Shown in pieces: positions 13,433 to 27,679 of a DNA stretch of 64,000 nt. The notes beneath the pieces were generated by a model. That model had not been told where the DNA came from, did not search any database, and saw only the letters and a program-made list of their open reading frames with translations. Positions within the stretch are counted from its first letter, which is position 1. Each line of letters begins with the position of its first letter. This DNA is from Hemiscyllium ocellatum (Eukaryota). The stretch spans positions 13,096,596 through 13,160,595 of the forward strand of contig NC_083439.1 in the NCBI RefSeq assembly GCF_020745735.1, read 5' to 3'. A program made the position numbers and the translations under genes.

Positions 13433-13515
13433 AAAAGTGGTGCAGGCTTGCGGTGTTTTTCCAGCACCACATTTTTCAATTCTGGTACTCCAGCATCTGC
13501 AGTCCTCGCTTTATC
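13433..13515 (+). mobile_element. Penelope family A mini-element with 15-bp TSD
   Basis: ttttccagcaccaca..ctccagcatctgcagtcctc; direct repeat cttgtttattttgct at 13418-13432 and 13516-13530. Confidence 0.75.
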
Positions 13516-13799
13516 CTTGTTTATTTTGCTGTAATGTATCAACCTTTATTGAGATACCATTTAGTATTGGTCCTCAATTGTCAAAAACACCTAAAATCTG
13601 TTCATGATATGTATACATAGCAGCATTAACCTCTATTTAGGATCCTAGTTGATGCTGATAAAGGCAGGACAGTGTAAAGCTGACGGCCTGACAGAGGTGA
13701 CTCGACAATACACTAACTGCTGTAATCAGAGTATAGAGTAGGGAGAACATCTTACCTTCATCTAAGTCCTTGGACTTTATGGGAAGCCTCAGCCAAACT

Positions 13800-14045
13800 G
13801 TGTATTGGAGAAACTGGTGTCATTAATTCAACTGAAACTGAACCACCTCCGAACTCACACACTAACTAGAAAAGAATTGAGTCATTTTGCTTCCATATGC
13901 AGTCAGCAGATGCGTCAATGTTTTAAGAAGGCAAGGCATCAGTGAAGAAACTGCTAAGTACAGAAAGGCCATCAAAGCTTTCAATTCATATTTTGGGTTT
14001 CAAAGGGAAGCTCTCATAGTCCAGGAGAGATTTCATAGGCATTAA
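13800..14045 (+). mobile_element. Gypsy LTR-retrotransposon gag relic
   Basis: Translation from 13881: VILLPYAVSRCVNVLRRQGISEETAKYRKAIKAFNSYFGFQREALIVQERFHR, resembling Gypsy gag (LLYxxG...Y..VIKAFDxYF....IIVER.RF). Confidence 0.5.
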
Positions 14046-15824
14046 AAGCTGGCTAGATTTAACCATGTTACGTTAAACTTCGGTGAAGTGGGGTAATGGC
14101 CCCTTTTTATAATCCTCTCTCAATTGCAAGAAATAGCTCTTAACATTTCCCTTTTTAACATGTAGCTAAAATGAAGGAGAGCCTTTGAGTTTTCATATGT
14201 TGATGAGAGAGTCAGAGTCTAGTCTAGTTTGATATGCTGTGATGTAACATTGCTCACATTCTGGTCATTATGATCAGTCACATTCATGACATCATCACAA
14301 ATTTGCTCCAGTGTCCAAAGCCCTTACACATCAGGAGGGATTTTCCATCATGCCTCCAACTAACTTTGAGAGACTTTCGTAAAGTCCGCTGCTATTTTCA
14401 TTGTAATATGCATTGAGAATAACTTGCAAAGTCACCACAATAATCACATTTTCTCATGAGGATTGGACAAACTCTTTAAACTCTGCCTCTAGAGGTTTGG
14501 ATTGTTTGACTGAAATGCTCTAAAGTAAACAATAGCAAGGTGGATCTTGAGAATTCAAATATAATATCTATTCTCATCAGCTACACATCTGCTCTTAGTT
14601 CAATAATCTCAATATTTGTGTCTGGGCTCATATAGAAATGGATGAGTTCAGGAACTTCTATCCCTGTTGCCTCTTGCGCTGTTACAGAAACTGCTGTCCC
14701 TGCTCTCTCCTGCACATATGACTGCACTAATGACTTGTACAATCGCTTTCTTCATTTGGTAGAGCTGAATGCATGACTGGCATGAGCAGTAGGTCACAAA
14801 CATGTTGCTGTACACTCTATTTGTGTCACAATGTTATGTATTAAAAAGATCATTAAAATATACAAAGGAGTCTGTTAAATCAGAGCGATCAACAATTCTG
14901 CGGAAGTCTGAGAAAACAGAAAGGGTTAATTATAAGAAACATTCATTCTGTCAAAACAGGGCTATAAGGACAAAAAAACTTTTACAGTTTGCATCTGTTT
15001 CCCAACAATAGTCAAACCTAGAATCATTCAGGCTTGTCAGGGTTAAAGAGATGTCAGGTTTATTGATCATGATAAAAACTGCAAGTTCTTATTGATTGAT
15101 TTAAGAATGCTTAAAACTTTCTAATTTAGATTATATTATTATATAAGAAATGTTACCATAGAATTTGTCTACCTTATCTTTTTCAGCTTACGCCTTAATT
15201 GGGAATTGAGAATGTAATTTTGACTGGGCGATATAAGCCACATGTAGACATCTGGTTCCTCTCTCCTCACAGTCAATAACTTCTGCTTGGTTTTCCTGAT
15301 GTTTCTTCCATTAAAATGTTCCATTATTTATATCTGTTGCAACTAATTTATAATGTTTCTGTTAAGCCTACTGATCATTACTAAATAATTAAATTACAGT
15401 GTGATGTGGTTATGTAGAGCAATATAGTTAGGCAGGTAGATACTGGATGTTCTAAGATAGAGTCAACTGTTCAGCAGTTCACTTTTGGAGACATCCCTAG
15501 AGTGGGAAGGGCAGGATCAAGTTAGCATGGTTCATTTTGGAACCAAAAGCCGAGGTAGAACTCCAACATATCCTTCCAACAAAGCTTCATTTAATGTCCA
15601 AATTAAAACATAGAAAGTGATAATCGCTGGATTGTTGGCCAAATCAAATTAAATTGGCATAAGACCATGCAGATTAGAGAGTTAAATATGTGCCTGAAAG
15701 TGTTGCGTGGAAGAAGGGATTTTGATTGGTAAAGCACTGAAACACATATTGGGAAGAATCAACTGTTCTTTTAGAATGGAATCCACTAAAATTGAGCTGG
15801 GATCAGGATCTAGGGCTTTAAAGT

Positions 15825-16134
15825 GAAACTGGTTTTATTAATTGGTTTATAGGTCATTCCTTCATTTGTTATTCAGCTGTTGACACTTTAATCACCTTGT
15901 TTGTATTAATCTATTGACACTTGTGGTTACATTTAGGCTGTTGACACTCACACTATTTGTGTTTATCCATCGATATTCCTCATTACCTGGAATTATCTTA
16001 CCATTTTCTCTCTGCCTATATATTCAGCACCTGTGTGTCCCTTTGTACTTCATCTGAAGAAGGAGCAGCACCCTGAAAGCTTGTGATTTTAAGGAAACCT
16101 GTTGGACTATAACCTGGTGTTATGTGACTTCTGA
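15825..16134 (+). mobile_element. Penelope 3' end / family B pseudo-LTR with 8-bp TSD
   Basis: ctgaagaaggagcagcaccctgaaagct decayed hammerhead, aacctgttggactataacctgg; tttaaagt at 15817-15824 and 16135-16142. Confidence 0.7.
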
Positions 16135-17102
16135 TTTAAAGTAAGAGACAGGGTAGAAGTGATGTGGTTGGTGAGGTGGTCAGGTGAATAGAGAGTTAAA
16201 ACTGTAAGAGGGAAAAAGTCAAACTTTTAAGGCAATATGATGATTTGGATAAAGGCAAATAGAATGGAATAGGAAGGGACAAAGTTTTTTTTAAGATAAT
16301 AATGCATCAGTAAACAAGATCCTTACAAAGAACTGTAGAGAAAATAAACTTAATGACTCATTATTCAACTGCATGAAACATTTATAGGAAGGTAAATGAA
16401 CCAATGGATTAAAGTTAGAGCTGATTATCATTACAGGGACATGTTTGCAAGATGACCAAGTTTACAAAATAAATATTTCGGTGTACATAACATTTCAAGC
16501 TGACAGGCAGAGTGGAACTGAATAAAGAGTAGTGCTGATGTTAAAGGATGGCGTAGGACAATTATGAAAAAAGATGTTTTCAGAAGTTCAGGAATTTAGA
16601 ATCAGTGTGGGCAGAGATTGGGAAGAACAAAAATCAGAAAGACCAGTTGTCATAATGATTCAAACAAAGAGACCAAGAGTTATGTGTCTAAAGTTTCTAA
16701 GTTAAATGGAACTATAGCTCTGAGGAGGACACAAATAAGCTACAGACAGATTAAGTGAGTTGGTAACAAGGTGTTAGATGGATGTACAGCAAACAATAAG
16801 AGTTTAAAGGCAAGTTGATACTTATTGCAAGGAGATTGGAATACGTGAGTAAAGCTTACTGCAGTTGTAAATGGCTTTGGTGAGATCACATCTGGAATAT
16901 TGTGCAATGTTGTAGTCTTCATATCCAAGGAAGGATATTCTTGTCTAGGAGGTGATACAGTTAAGGTTTTACTAAATTAGTTCCTGGGATGAAAGCATTG
17001 TCTTTTGATGACAGACTGGGACATTTGGACCTATACTCTCTGATGCTGAGAAAAATGAGATGATCTCATTAAAACATTAGGATTTTGACAGGTTAGACAC
17101 TA

Positions 17103-17312
17103 AGGAGAAAATGTGGATTGCAGATGCTGGAAATCAGAGTCAAGAGTGTGATGCTGGAGAAGCACAGCAGGTCAGGCAGCATCTGAGGAGCAGGAGAATT
17201 GACATTTTGGGCATAAGACTTTCAATCTGATGAAGGACTTATGCCTGAAATGTCAATTTGCCTGCTCCTCAGATGCTACCTGACCTGTGGTTTTCCAGCA
17301 CGACACTCTCGA
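17103..17312. mobile_element. Penelope family A fold-back mini-element with 10-bp TSD
   Basis: Two inverted arms meeting near 17223; ttagacacta at 17093-17102 and 17313-17322. Confidence 0.85.
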
Positions 17313-19055
17313 TTAGACACTACAATAGTTTCCCTTGACTAAAGAGTGTGGAATATGGGGGCAGAGTCTCGGGTAATGGGTCAATCATGGGGATCTGAGA
17401 TGAAGAGAAATATCTCCATTTAAGATGATTGTGAATCTCCGCAGTTGTCTTCCACAAATGCTCCCCCCCAACCCCCAAAAAAGATTGTAGTTGCTTACTT
17501 CTTGTGTATGCTCAAGACTGAGATTTGATAGGTCTTGCATTTCTCCAAGAATTAACAGCTTTGGGAAGCACCAAGAAAGTGAACTTAAATTGCAGTTGAG
17601 TCATAAATGGCAGAGCACACTCTTGGGGTAGTATGGTATATTCATGCTCCTACCTCTTATATTCTTAAATGTGGAATATTGCAATAGACACCGATTGCTC
17701 AGATCCTTGAGCCTGTTCCAGTACTAGATCACATCTACAGTCTTTTGAATCTAACACCTACTTCCTGATCACATCCATAAATGTCACTTATGTCTGAACT
17801 GTTCAAAAGAAGGAACTACTTTCATTCTATTTACACTACCAGGTTTGTTATATTAGCTTATCATATATATTGTAATTATTTCGATACTTTAGAAAATACA
17901 AGTCCAGTCTTTGAAGCATATCCTCATCATTTTAGCCTTTTAATCCAGGTATCATTCTGATGGATTTGTACATATCCTCCTCTTATCCCTAAGGTGTAAT
18001 GTGCAGAACACTAAATGATGTCTAACAGGAGCTTTAAACAACTGTAATGTCGTTTTTGCTCCTTAATGCTGGGCCCGTTAAAATGCTTATTTAATTATTT
18101 TGTGTGACTGCCTTCTACAATACTTCGTTCCCTTTTTAATGTTGTAATTTGATCCAAGACTTTAAACAAGAGCAGTCATGGAGCAAACATTGACATTGAG
18201 CCACATTGAAGATCTTTGTGTTCTCAAACTTTTGTTTTGCCAAAGCTTTTATTTTCCTGTGCCGCGTTAGGCAAACAGAGGGAGGACATTTCACAGCCAA
18301 TGGCACTGATAACTGATGACATGACTGTCAATGGTTCAATGACGACAATCGGGGATGTATAGGAATAGAGAGCTGGAAGGTTAAAACGTTATAGAGTCAG
18401 TAGGGTATCAGAGATATATTGGACAAAAGTCAATGAATGGATTTCAAAAATCACAAGAATTGTAAAACTGATGCATTGCCTGACTGGAGCTGATGTGAGT
18501 CACAGAATAAAGAGATGATATGTAATCAAGGTCTGGGGAAGTTCAGGTTTTTAGATGGAACATCCGGTCATGGGAGAAGCAAGCTTAGAAGTAATGAAGA
18601 CCTGGAAGAAAGCTTCTGTAGCTGAGGACGAGGCTGAGATGGGAAACATTATAAAGTCAGTATATGTTCAGAAGCTGAACTTGAAATTAAGTGGGATGCT
18701 GAAGTGATTTTGCTTCAATTTCAGACAGTGTGAAGGGAGAGGGAAGAGGTTAGTAACTAATGGGTGGAGTTTGTATTTTTAGTTTTTCCAATATTTAGTT
18801 GGAGGTAAGAGTTCAGTATTCTACATACAGCATGAAAAATCAGATATAAGGGAGGTTAAGAGAACTGCTGAAAAATTGCAATTGTCATCAATGTAGATGT
18901 GGAACCTATTGGCTTGTTTTTAGACAATGTTGCTGAGGGCTAGTGTAGAGATGAGGAATCAGGAATGAACCAGGACAGCTCCTTGCAGATCCATGAGTAA
19001 CACTTGAGGAATGGAGAAAGAAGCTGTTTCCAATGATTTTGAAACTGCTTCATTT

Positions 19056-22000
19056 TTTCAGTGGCAGCAGTAGAGGAAGAAGTGACCAGGGGCCTGCTGA
19101 GAAGATAAATTTGAAAATTATATAAGCTCGCTTTGTGAATAGGTGGAGCGCATGCTGAGCAGGAGTGGAATTGGGACTGCTGAGTAAGTGAAGTAACATA
19201 TTTGGGTTGCGTCACCCACCATACTACTTAGGTAGTGTCTCCCACCCATCCTCCTCCTCTAACTGGAAAAGTTGAATGTTCCTCCTACGGGAGATAAGGG
19301 TCACCACCAGTGTCCCTGCTGACTTCATCTGAGGGATGTACACCTAACTCCAGCTCCTCAAAAACCAAGTTAGGGACTGGAGCTGCAGCTGGATGAAATT
19401 TGGATCATTCAGGAGGCAGAGGGTGTTACTGGGAGGAGTTACAGGGAGGTAGTCACACCTCAGGTGCAAGAAAGAGGCAGATGGGTTACAGTCAGGGGAC
19501 AGAAAGGGAACTAGCAAGCAGTGCAGGGAACCCCTGTGGCCGCTTCCCTCAATAACAAGTATACCGTTTTGGATACTGTTGGGGGGATGACCTGCTGGGG
19601 TAAGTCATGGGGTACAGGTCTCTGGCACAGAATCTGTCCCTGTTGCTCAAAAAGGATGGGGGGGGGGAGATTGGCAGAGCATTAGTCACTGGGGACTCTA
19701 TAAAGTTAGGGGGACAGATAGGATGTTCTGTGGGAAAGAGAGACTCTTAGTTAATGTGTTGCCTGCAGGTGCCAGGGTTTGTGATGTCTCGGATCGTGTT
19801 TTAGGGATCCTTGAGGGGGCAGGAGAACAGCCCCAGTCATAGTCCACATAAGTACGAAAGACATAGATAGTAAAAAGGATGGGGATGTAAAGCAGAAATT
19901 TGGAGAGCTAGGGTGGATGTTTAGTGCTAAAGCAAACAGTTGTTATCTCTGGTTTGTTGCCCGTGCTATGTGTTAGCAAGGCAAGGAATAGAGAGAGAGG
20001 AGTTGAACATGTAGCTACAGGGATGGTGCAGGCGGGAGGGTTTTGGATAAATGGATAACTGGGGGTAGGTGGGGCCACTACAAACAGGATGGTCTACACC
20101 TGAATCAGAGGGGTACTAATATCCTGGAGGGGGGGGGGAGGAATTTTGCAAAGGCTATTTAGGAGGGTTTAAACTAATTTGGCAGGTGGCTGGGAACCTA
20201 AATTGTAGTTCAGTGTCCAGGAGAGTAGTTGAAAGTAGTGAGGTCAGAAATGAGGTTTCAAGGTCACAATAATTCGCCAGCAAGCAGGAAGGTGGTTTGA
20301 AGTGTATCTACTTCAATGCTAGGAGCATCTGGAATAAGATGGGTGAACTTGTAGCATGGGTTGGTACCTGGGACTTTTAAGGTTGTTGTGGCCATTTCAG
20401 AGACATGGATAGAGCAGGGGCAGGAATGGATGTTGCAGGTTCCCGATTTTGATGTTTCAGTAAGAACGGGAGATTGGAAAAGAGGGGGTGGTGTGGCATT
20501 GTTAGTCAAGGACAATATTATGGCTGCAGAAAGGACGTTTGAGGACTTGTCTACTGAGGTAGTATGGGCTGAGGTTAGAAACAGGAGAGGAGAGGTCCCC
20601 CTGTTGGAAGTTTTCCATAGGCCTCCAAATTGTTCCAGAGATGTAGAGGAAATGAGAGCAAAGATAATTCTGGATAGGAGCAAGAGTAACAGGGTAGTTA
20701 TTATGGGGGCCTTTAACTTTCCAAATATCGACTGGAAATACTGTAGTTCGAGTACTTTTAGATGAGTCAGATTTTGTCCAATGTGTGTAGGAGGGCTTCC
20801 TGACACAGAATGTAGACAAGCCAACAAAGGGCGAGGCCACATTGGATTTGGTACTGGGTTACGAACCTGGCCAAGTGTTAGGTTTGCTGGTAGGTGAGCA
20901 TTTTGGTGATAATGTCTACAATTCAATTATATTTACTTTATTGATGGAAAGGAATAGGTATATAATGCAGAGTAAGAGTTATTACTGGGGGAAAGGCAAT
21001 TGTGATGTGATTAGGCAAGATTTAGGATACACAGAATGGGGAAGGAAACTGCAGGGGATGGGCACAATTGAAATATGGAGCTTATTCAAGGAACAGCTAC
21101 TTCATGCCCTTGATAAGTATGTACCTGTCTAACAAGGAGGAAGTGGTTGAGCGAGGGAGCCATGGTTTACTAAAAAAGTTGAATCTCTTGTCAAAAGGAA
21201 GAAGGAGGCTTATGTTAGGATGAGACGTGAAAGCTCACTTAGGGTGCTCACGAGCACAAATTAGCCAGGAAAGACTAAAGAGAGTGTGAGGGAAAAGCCA
21301 GGGGGGAACATGAGAAGTTGTTGGCAGATAAGATCAAGGAAACCCTGTCAGTATTCACACTGGAAAAAGACAATATTGCCGAAGAATATTGAGATACAGG
21401 CTACTCGACTAGATTGGATTGAGGTTCACAAGGAGGAGGTGTTAGCAATTCTACAAAGTGTGAAAACAGGTAAGTGCCCTTGGCTGGATGGGATTTCTTC
21501 TAGGATCCTCTAGAAAGCCAGGGAGGAAATTGCAGATCCTTTGGCTTTGATGTTTATGTCGCTGTTGTCGACAAGAAAAGTGCCAGAAAACTGGAGGTTA
21601 GCAAATATTGTCCCCTTGTTCAAGAAGGGGAGTAGAGGCAACCCTGATAATTATAGACCAGTGAGCTTACTTCGGTTATGGATAAAGTGTTGGAAAAGGT
21701 TATAACAGGATTTATAATTATCTAAAGAGGAATAAGTTGATTAGGAATAGTCAACATGGTTTTGTGAAGGGTAGGTTGTGCCTCGCAAACCTTATTGAGT
21801 TCTTTGAGATGGTGACCAAACAGGTGGATGAGGGAAAAGTGGTTGATGTGGTGTATTTGGATTTCAGTAAGGCATTTGATAAGGTTCCCCAAGGTAAGCT
21901 ATTGCATGAAATACGGAAACATGGGATTGAGGGTGATTTAGCAGTTTGGTCAGAAATTGGTTAGCTGAAAGAAGACAGAGGGTGGTAGTTGATGAGAAAT

Positions 22001-22980
22001 GTTCATCCTGGAGTTCTGTTACTAATGATGTACCACAAGGATCCGTTTTGGGGCCACTGTTGTTTGTCATTTTTATAAATGACCTGGATGAGGGTGTAGA
22101 AATATGGGTTAGTAAATTTGCAGATGACACGAAGGTAGGTGGAGTTGTGAATAATGATGAAGAATGTTATAGGTTACAGAGGGACATAGGTAAGCTGCAG
22201 AGCTGGACTGTGAGGTGGTAAATGGTATTTAATGTGGAAAGGTGTGAGGTGATTGGAGGAAAGAGTACTGGGTTAATGGTAAGATTCTTGATAGTGTTGA
22301 TGACCAGAAAGATCTTGGTGTCCATGTACAGAGATCCCTGAAAGTTGCCAACCAGGTTGATAGGGTTGTTAAGAAGGCACATGGTGTGTTAGGGGGATTG
22401 AGTTTCGGTGCCATGAGATCATGCTGCAGCTGTACAAAACTCTGGTGCACCAGCACTTGGAGTATTGCGTACAGTTTTGGTCACCACATTATAGGAAGGA
22501 TGTGGAAGCTTTGGAAAGGGTTCAGAGGAGATTTACAAGGATGTTGCCTGGGATGGAGGGAAGTTCTTCTGAGGAAAGTCTGAGGAACTTGAGGCTATTT
22601 TTGTTGGAGAGAAGAAGGTTGAGAGGTGACTTAATTGAGACATATAAGTTAATCAGAAAGTTAGATAGGGTGGATAGTGAGAGCCTTTTTCCTCCGATGG
22701 TGATGGCTAGCACACGGGGACATAGCTTTAAATTGAGGAGTGATGGATATGGGACAGATGTCAGAGTTTCTTTACTCAAGAGTAGTAGGGGTGTGGAACG
22801 CCCTGCTTGCAACAGTTGTAGATTCACCAACTTTAAGGGCATTTATCCGAATGGTCATTGGATAAATATATGGATGAAAATGGAATAGTGGAGGACAGAT
22901 AGGCTTCTGATTGGTTCCTTGGCGCAACATCGAGGGCTGAAGGTCCTGTGCTGGGCTATAATGTTCTATGTTCTATTTTC
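19056..22980 (+). mobile_element. Near full-length but dead CR1 LINE (ORF1 SGNH esterase, ORF2 APE-RT)
   Basis: ORF1 GDS and CCL..ARV-like remnants; YFNARSI, ISETW, DFSKAFDKVP, VPQGSVLGP, FADDTK, LEYCVQFWSP; tail atgttctatgttcta. Many stops and frameshifts. Confidence 0.95.
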
Positions 22981-23083
22981 TGCCTGTTGCTGGAGAGATG
23001 TTAATGAAATTAAATGTTATTAATCTCAGCCAGGAGTATGTTGGAGAAACCTTGACAGAGGATGGGGAGCGATGTTGCCAGAT

Positions 23084-26000
23084 TACAAAAAACAAAGAAA
23101 ATTTACAGCACAGGAACAGGCCCTTCAGCCCTCCAAGCCTGAGCCGATCCAAATGTACTGTCTAAACCTGTCGGTCAATTCCTAAGCATCTGTATCCCTC
23201 TGTTCCCCACCTACTCAGGCATTTGAATAGATGCATCTTAAATGAATCTACCATGCCTGTCTCTACCACCTCTGCTGGCAACACATTCCAGGCGCACACC
23301 ACCCTCTGTGTGAAGTACTTGTCACGTGTATCCCCCTTAAACTTTCCACCTCTCACCTTGAAAGCATGACCTCTCATTATTGAATCCTTCGCCCTAGGAA
23401 AAAGCTTGTCTCTATCCACCCTGTCTATACCCTTCATGATTTTGTAAACCTCAATCAAGTCCTCCCTCAATCTCCTTTTTTCTAATGAAAATTAACCTAA
23501 CCTTCTCAACCTCTCTTCATAGCTAGCACCTTCCATACCAGGCACCATCCTCGTAAACCTTCTCTACACCCTCTCCAAAGTGTCCACATCCTTTTGGTAA
23601 TGTGGTGACCAGAACTGCACACAATATTCTAAATGTGGCCGAACCAATGTCTTGTACAATTTTAATGTGACTTGCCAGCTCTTATACTCAATACCCCGTC
23701 CAATGAAGGCAAGCATACTATATGTCTTCTTGACCACTCTATCCACCTGTGCAACAACCTTCAGGTTACAATGGACCTGCACTCCCAGATCTCTCTGCCT
23801 ATCAACTTTTTTCAAGGCTCTTCTGTTCATTGTATAATTCACTCTAGAATTAGTCTTGCCTAAAAGCATCACCTCACATTTGTCTGGACTGAAAACCATC
23901 TGCCACTTTTCCGACCAACTCTCCAGTCTATCTATATCCTCCTATCTCTGACAGTCTGTTATGTTTTCTGCTACTCCACCAATCTCCGTGTTATCTGCAA
24001 ACTTGCTGATCATACCAACAGTGCCCTCTTCCAGATCATTTATGTATATTACAAACAACAATGGCCCCAACACTGACTCCTGTGGAACTACCACTGGTCA
24101 CCATTCTCCACTTCGAGAAACTCCCTTCAACTACTACTCTCTGTCTCCTGTTGCTCAACCAGCTCTTTATCCACCTAACTAGAACATCCTGCACACCATG
24201 TGACTTCACTTTCTCCATTTGTCTATCATGGAGAACTTTATCAAATGCCTTACTGAAGTCCATGTATATGACATCAACAGCCCTTCCTTCATCTATCAAC
24301 TTGGTCATTTCCTCGAAGAGCTCTAAGTTGGTAAGGCATGATCTCACCCGCACAAAATTAAGTTGCCTATCACTGATAAGCCCATTCTTTTCTAAATATA
24401 ATTAGATCCTATCCCTCAGTACCTTCTCCAGCAACTTTCCCACCACTGACGTCAGGCTCACTGGTCTGTAGTTACCCTGAATATCCCTACTACCCTTGCA
24501 CAGGGGGACAACATAAGCAACCCTCCAGGAATCTGGCACCTCACCTGTATTTAAGGATGCCACAAAGATATCTGTCAGGGCCTCAGCTATTTCTTGCCTC
24601 CCTCAACAACATGGGATAGATCCCATCCAGGCCTAGGGATTTATCCACCTTAATAACCTCTAGCCTACCCAACACATCTTCCCTACTTATGTCAATGTGA
24701 TCCAGACTATTCAAACTTCTATCTCTAATTTTAACATTCATCGTGTTCCTCTCCTCAGTGAACACTTTGCAAAGTAATCATTCAGAATCTCACCCATTCT
24801 CTCAGGTTTGACACTCAGCCTTCCTTCATTATCCTTTAGTGGACCAATCCTTTCTCTTGTTACCTGCTTGTTTCTTGTATAAGAATAAAATGCTTTGGGA
24901 TTCTCCTTAATTCTGCTTGCTAAAGCTATTACTTTAGCCCTCTTGATTCCTCATTTAAGACTAATCTTACTCTTCCGATATTTGTCCAGGGCCTGTTCTG
25001 TTCTTAACTGCCTAGCTGCAAATGTGTTGCTGGTCAAAGCACAGCAGGTTAGGCAGCATCTCAGGAATAGAGAATTCGACGTTTCGAGCATAAGCCCTTC
25101 ATCACTGCCTAGACCTATGTACGCTTCCCTTTTCCTCTTGGCCAGTCGTACAATTTCTCCTGTCATCCACGGTTCACGAATCTTGCTCTTCCTATCCTTT
25201 GACTTCAATGGGACATGCCTATCCTGCACTGTCTTTAACTTATCTTTGAAAGCCTTCCACATCTCAAATGTGGACTTCCCTTCAAATAGCTGTGTCCAAT
25301 CCATATTTCTGAGCTCCTGCCTGATTTTTATATAATTGGCCATGGCCCAGTTTAGTACTCTTCCCTTAGGATCACTCTCTACTTTATTTATGAGTATTCT
25401 AAAACTTACAGAATTGTGGTCAGTGTTCCCAAAGAACTCCCCCACCGCAACTTCTACCACCTGGCCTGGCTCGTTCCCCAGTGCCAGGTCCAATATGGCC
25501 CCTTCCTTCATTGGACTATTGACGTACTGCTCTAGAAAACTCTCCTGGACGTTTCTTACAAATTCTACCCCATCCAGACCTCAGACATTAAGTTTACCCC
25601 AGTCAATGTTGGGAAAATTAAAATCTCCCATCACCACACCCTATTGCCTCTACATCTTTCAATAGTCTATTTACCTATTTGTTCTTCTACCTCACACTCA
25701 TTGTTGGGAAGCTCTAATACAGCCCCAACAATGTAACTGCACCCTTCTTATTTCTCGGCTCTACTCATAATGCTTCACTGTTCAATCCCTCCATAGTATG
25801 TTCCTTTAGCACAGCCATGATATCATCCTTGACCAGCAATGCAACTCCACCCCTCCTTTTACTTCTCTCCCTGTCCTGACTGTGTCTATATCCTGGAACA
25901 CTTAATTCCCAATCATCATGCCCTTCCTTCAACCAAGTCTCTGTGATTGCAATAACGTCATACTCCAGGCACCAATCCAAGCCCTAAGTTCGCCTGCCTT

Positions 26001-26335
26001 ACACACTATACTCCTTGCATTAAAGTAGATGTAGTTCAGGCCACCAGTTTTTTTGCACTCATCTGTTCTCTGCCTACTCTTCCCTTTAGTAATGCTATCT
26101 TCATAATTCTTACAGTCTCCAGTCTCCATCTCGCTGCCTACTCGTTTTCTCCTCTGGTTCTCAGCCCCCTGCCACATTTGTTTAAAACCACCCAACAGCA
26201 TTAGCAAAAACTCCCCCAAGGACATTGGTTTCAGTGTGGTTCAGATGTAGACCGTCCTTTTTGTAATAGTCCCACCTTCCCCAGAACCGGTCCCAATGTC
26301 CAACAAATCTGAACCCCCTCCCTCCTACACCAATA
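23084..26335 (-). mobile_element. CR1 LINE (end of ORF1 plus ORF2), dead
   Basis: YFNARSIV, AITETWL, AILDLALGNEPGQ, DFSKAFDKV, RPHLEYCVQFWSP on minus strand. Confidence 0.95.
25016..25103 (-). mobile_element. Penelope family A mini-element inserted in CR1, 9-bp TSD
   Basis: Minus strand tgatgaagggcttatgctcgaaacgtcg; actgcctag at 25007-25015 and 25104-25112. Confidence 0.85.
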
Positions 26336-26534
26336 GGCAGGGAAGAAATTATGCTTGGGAGATGGAAGGCAGAATGGACACATGAATGGGGACAAACACA
26401 AGGATATGTTCAAATATTACTTTGCATTTGATGGCTCAATGGCAGTATAGTGCCCGATAGAAATAACTGAGAATCTTACTGTGAACATGGGAAGGTGAGA
26501 TTATATGTGGAGTGCAATAAAAAGCAGTGAGCTA

Positions 26535-26770
26535 ATTAGCTCAGTGGATAGCACTGTTGCCACACTTTGGGATCTGGGTCCGATTCCAGCTGTGGGTGAC
26601 TGTGTGGAGTTTGCACATTCTCCCATGTCTGTGTGGGTTTCCTCCGGGTGCTCCGGTTTCCTCCCACAATCCAAATATGTGCAGGTTAGGTGAATTGGCT
26701 GTGCTAAGTTGTCCACAGTGTTCAGAGATATATGGGTTGGGTGCATTAGTCAGGGGTATGTATGGATCTT
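26535..26770 (+). mobile_element. HE1-type SINE, partial
   Basis: gctcagtggatagcactg..tgggtttcctccgggtgctccgg. Confidence 0.85.
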
Positions 26771-27159
26771 GAAGGATTTTTAGGAGGTTGAAGCTCCAAT
26801 GGGAGCATTGCACAGGAACAATAGTGAAAGAGGTGGGTGGGCTGTGGTTGCTTCTTAAAAAGAGGTGACAATGAGTACCTTGTTGGTTCTTCAGGGAATG
26901 CTAAGGCATCCAGAGAAGAAAGCTATTGTCTCACCTCAGACTGTTTTAGGCTTGGAGTGATGGCATGATATTAGAAAGACTAAGGTATAACTGGTTAGGC
27001 TATGGATTTGCAAGGAAAACAGTACCGTAGGAGGAAGAAGTGAGAAGAGACAGGATGAAAGGAGAGACATGTCTAAGAAAGATAAAGAACAGTGAATAAG
27101 ATAAGGTTAATTAGAGATTACAGGCTCAAGTCTGAAATATTAGTAGTGAATGCACACTG

Positions 27160-27425
27160 GAAAACTCAAGTTACATAAATTTGGTTAAGAAGGATAAAAG
27201 GTACACCCATTTAGGACTGAGATTAGGAGAAATTTCTTAATCCAGAGAGTGGTGAGCCTGTGGAATACTCAACCACACAAAGCAGTCTGGTTGCAGCAAG
27301 CCGGGCTCAAGGGGGAAATGGGAAGACGTTGTTGAGTCAAACGATCAGCCATAGTCCTAATGAGTGATGGAGCAGACTCAAATGTCTGAATGGATTGCTT
27401 TTGCCCTATTTTCTATGTTTCTATG
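27160..27425 (+). mobile_element. CR1 3' fragment
   Basis: aggagaaatttcttaatccagagagtggtgagcctgtggaa; tail tctatgtttctatg. Confidence 0.75.
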
Positions 27426-27679
27426 ACACAAAGCAACATTAGAATGGATGTGACCTGATAATAAAGGAAATAGACAGCAGAGAATTGGAGGGATTCCAAT
27501 GTTAATTAAAAAATGGAACATCCTGTTAACAGTCAGCAAGTCTGACATTTTCTATGCAGGCAGTAACAAAGTTGATGTTTTGATCAATGATTTTTTATGA
27601 GAATGGAGCATACTGTTCTAAATGGCTTATTATGATGCTCTTGTCAGTTGGGAAGTTCTTAAAAACTAATTTCCACCAG

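Larger units (their letters stand above)
15420..17670 (+). mobile_element. Old, heavily decayed CR1 LINE with nested Penelope insertions
   Basis: Recognisable esterase-ORF1, EN and ORF2 C-terminal (cacatctggaatattgtgcaa) remnants. Confidence 0.65.
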
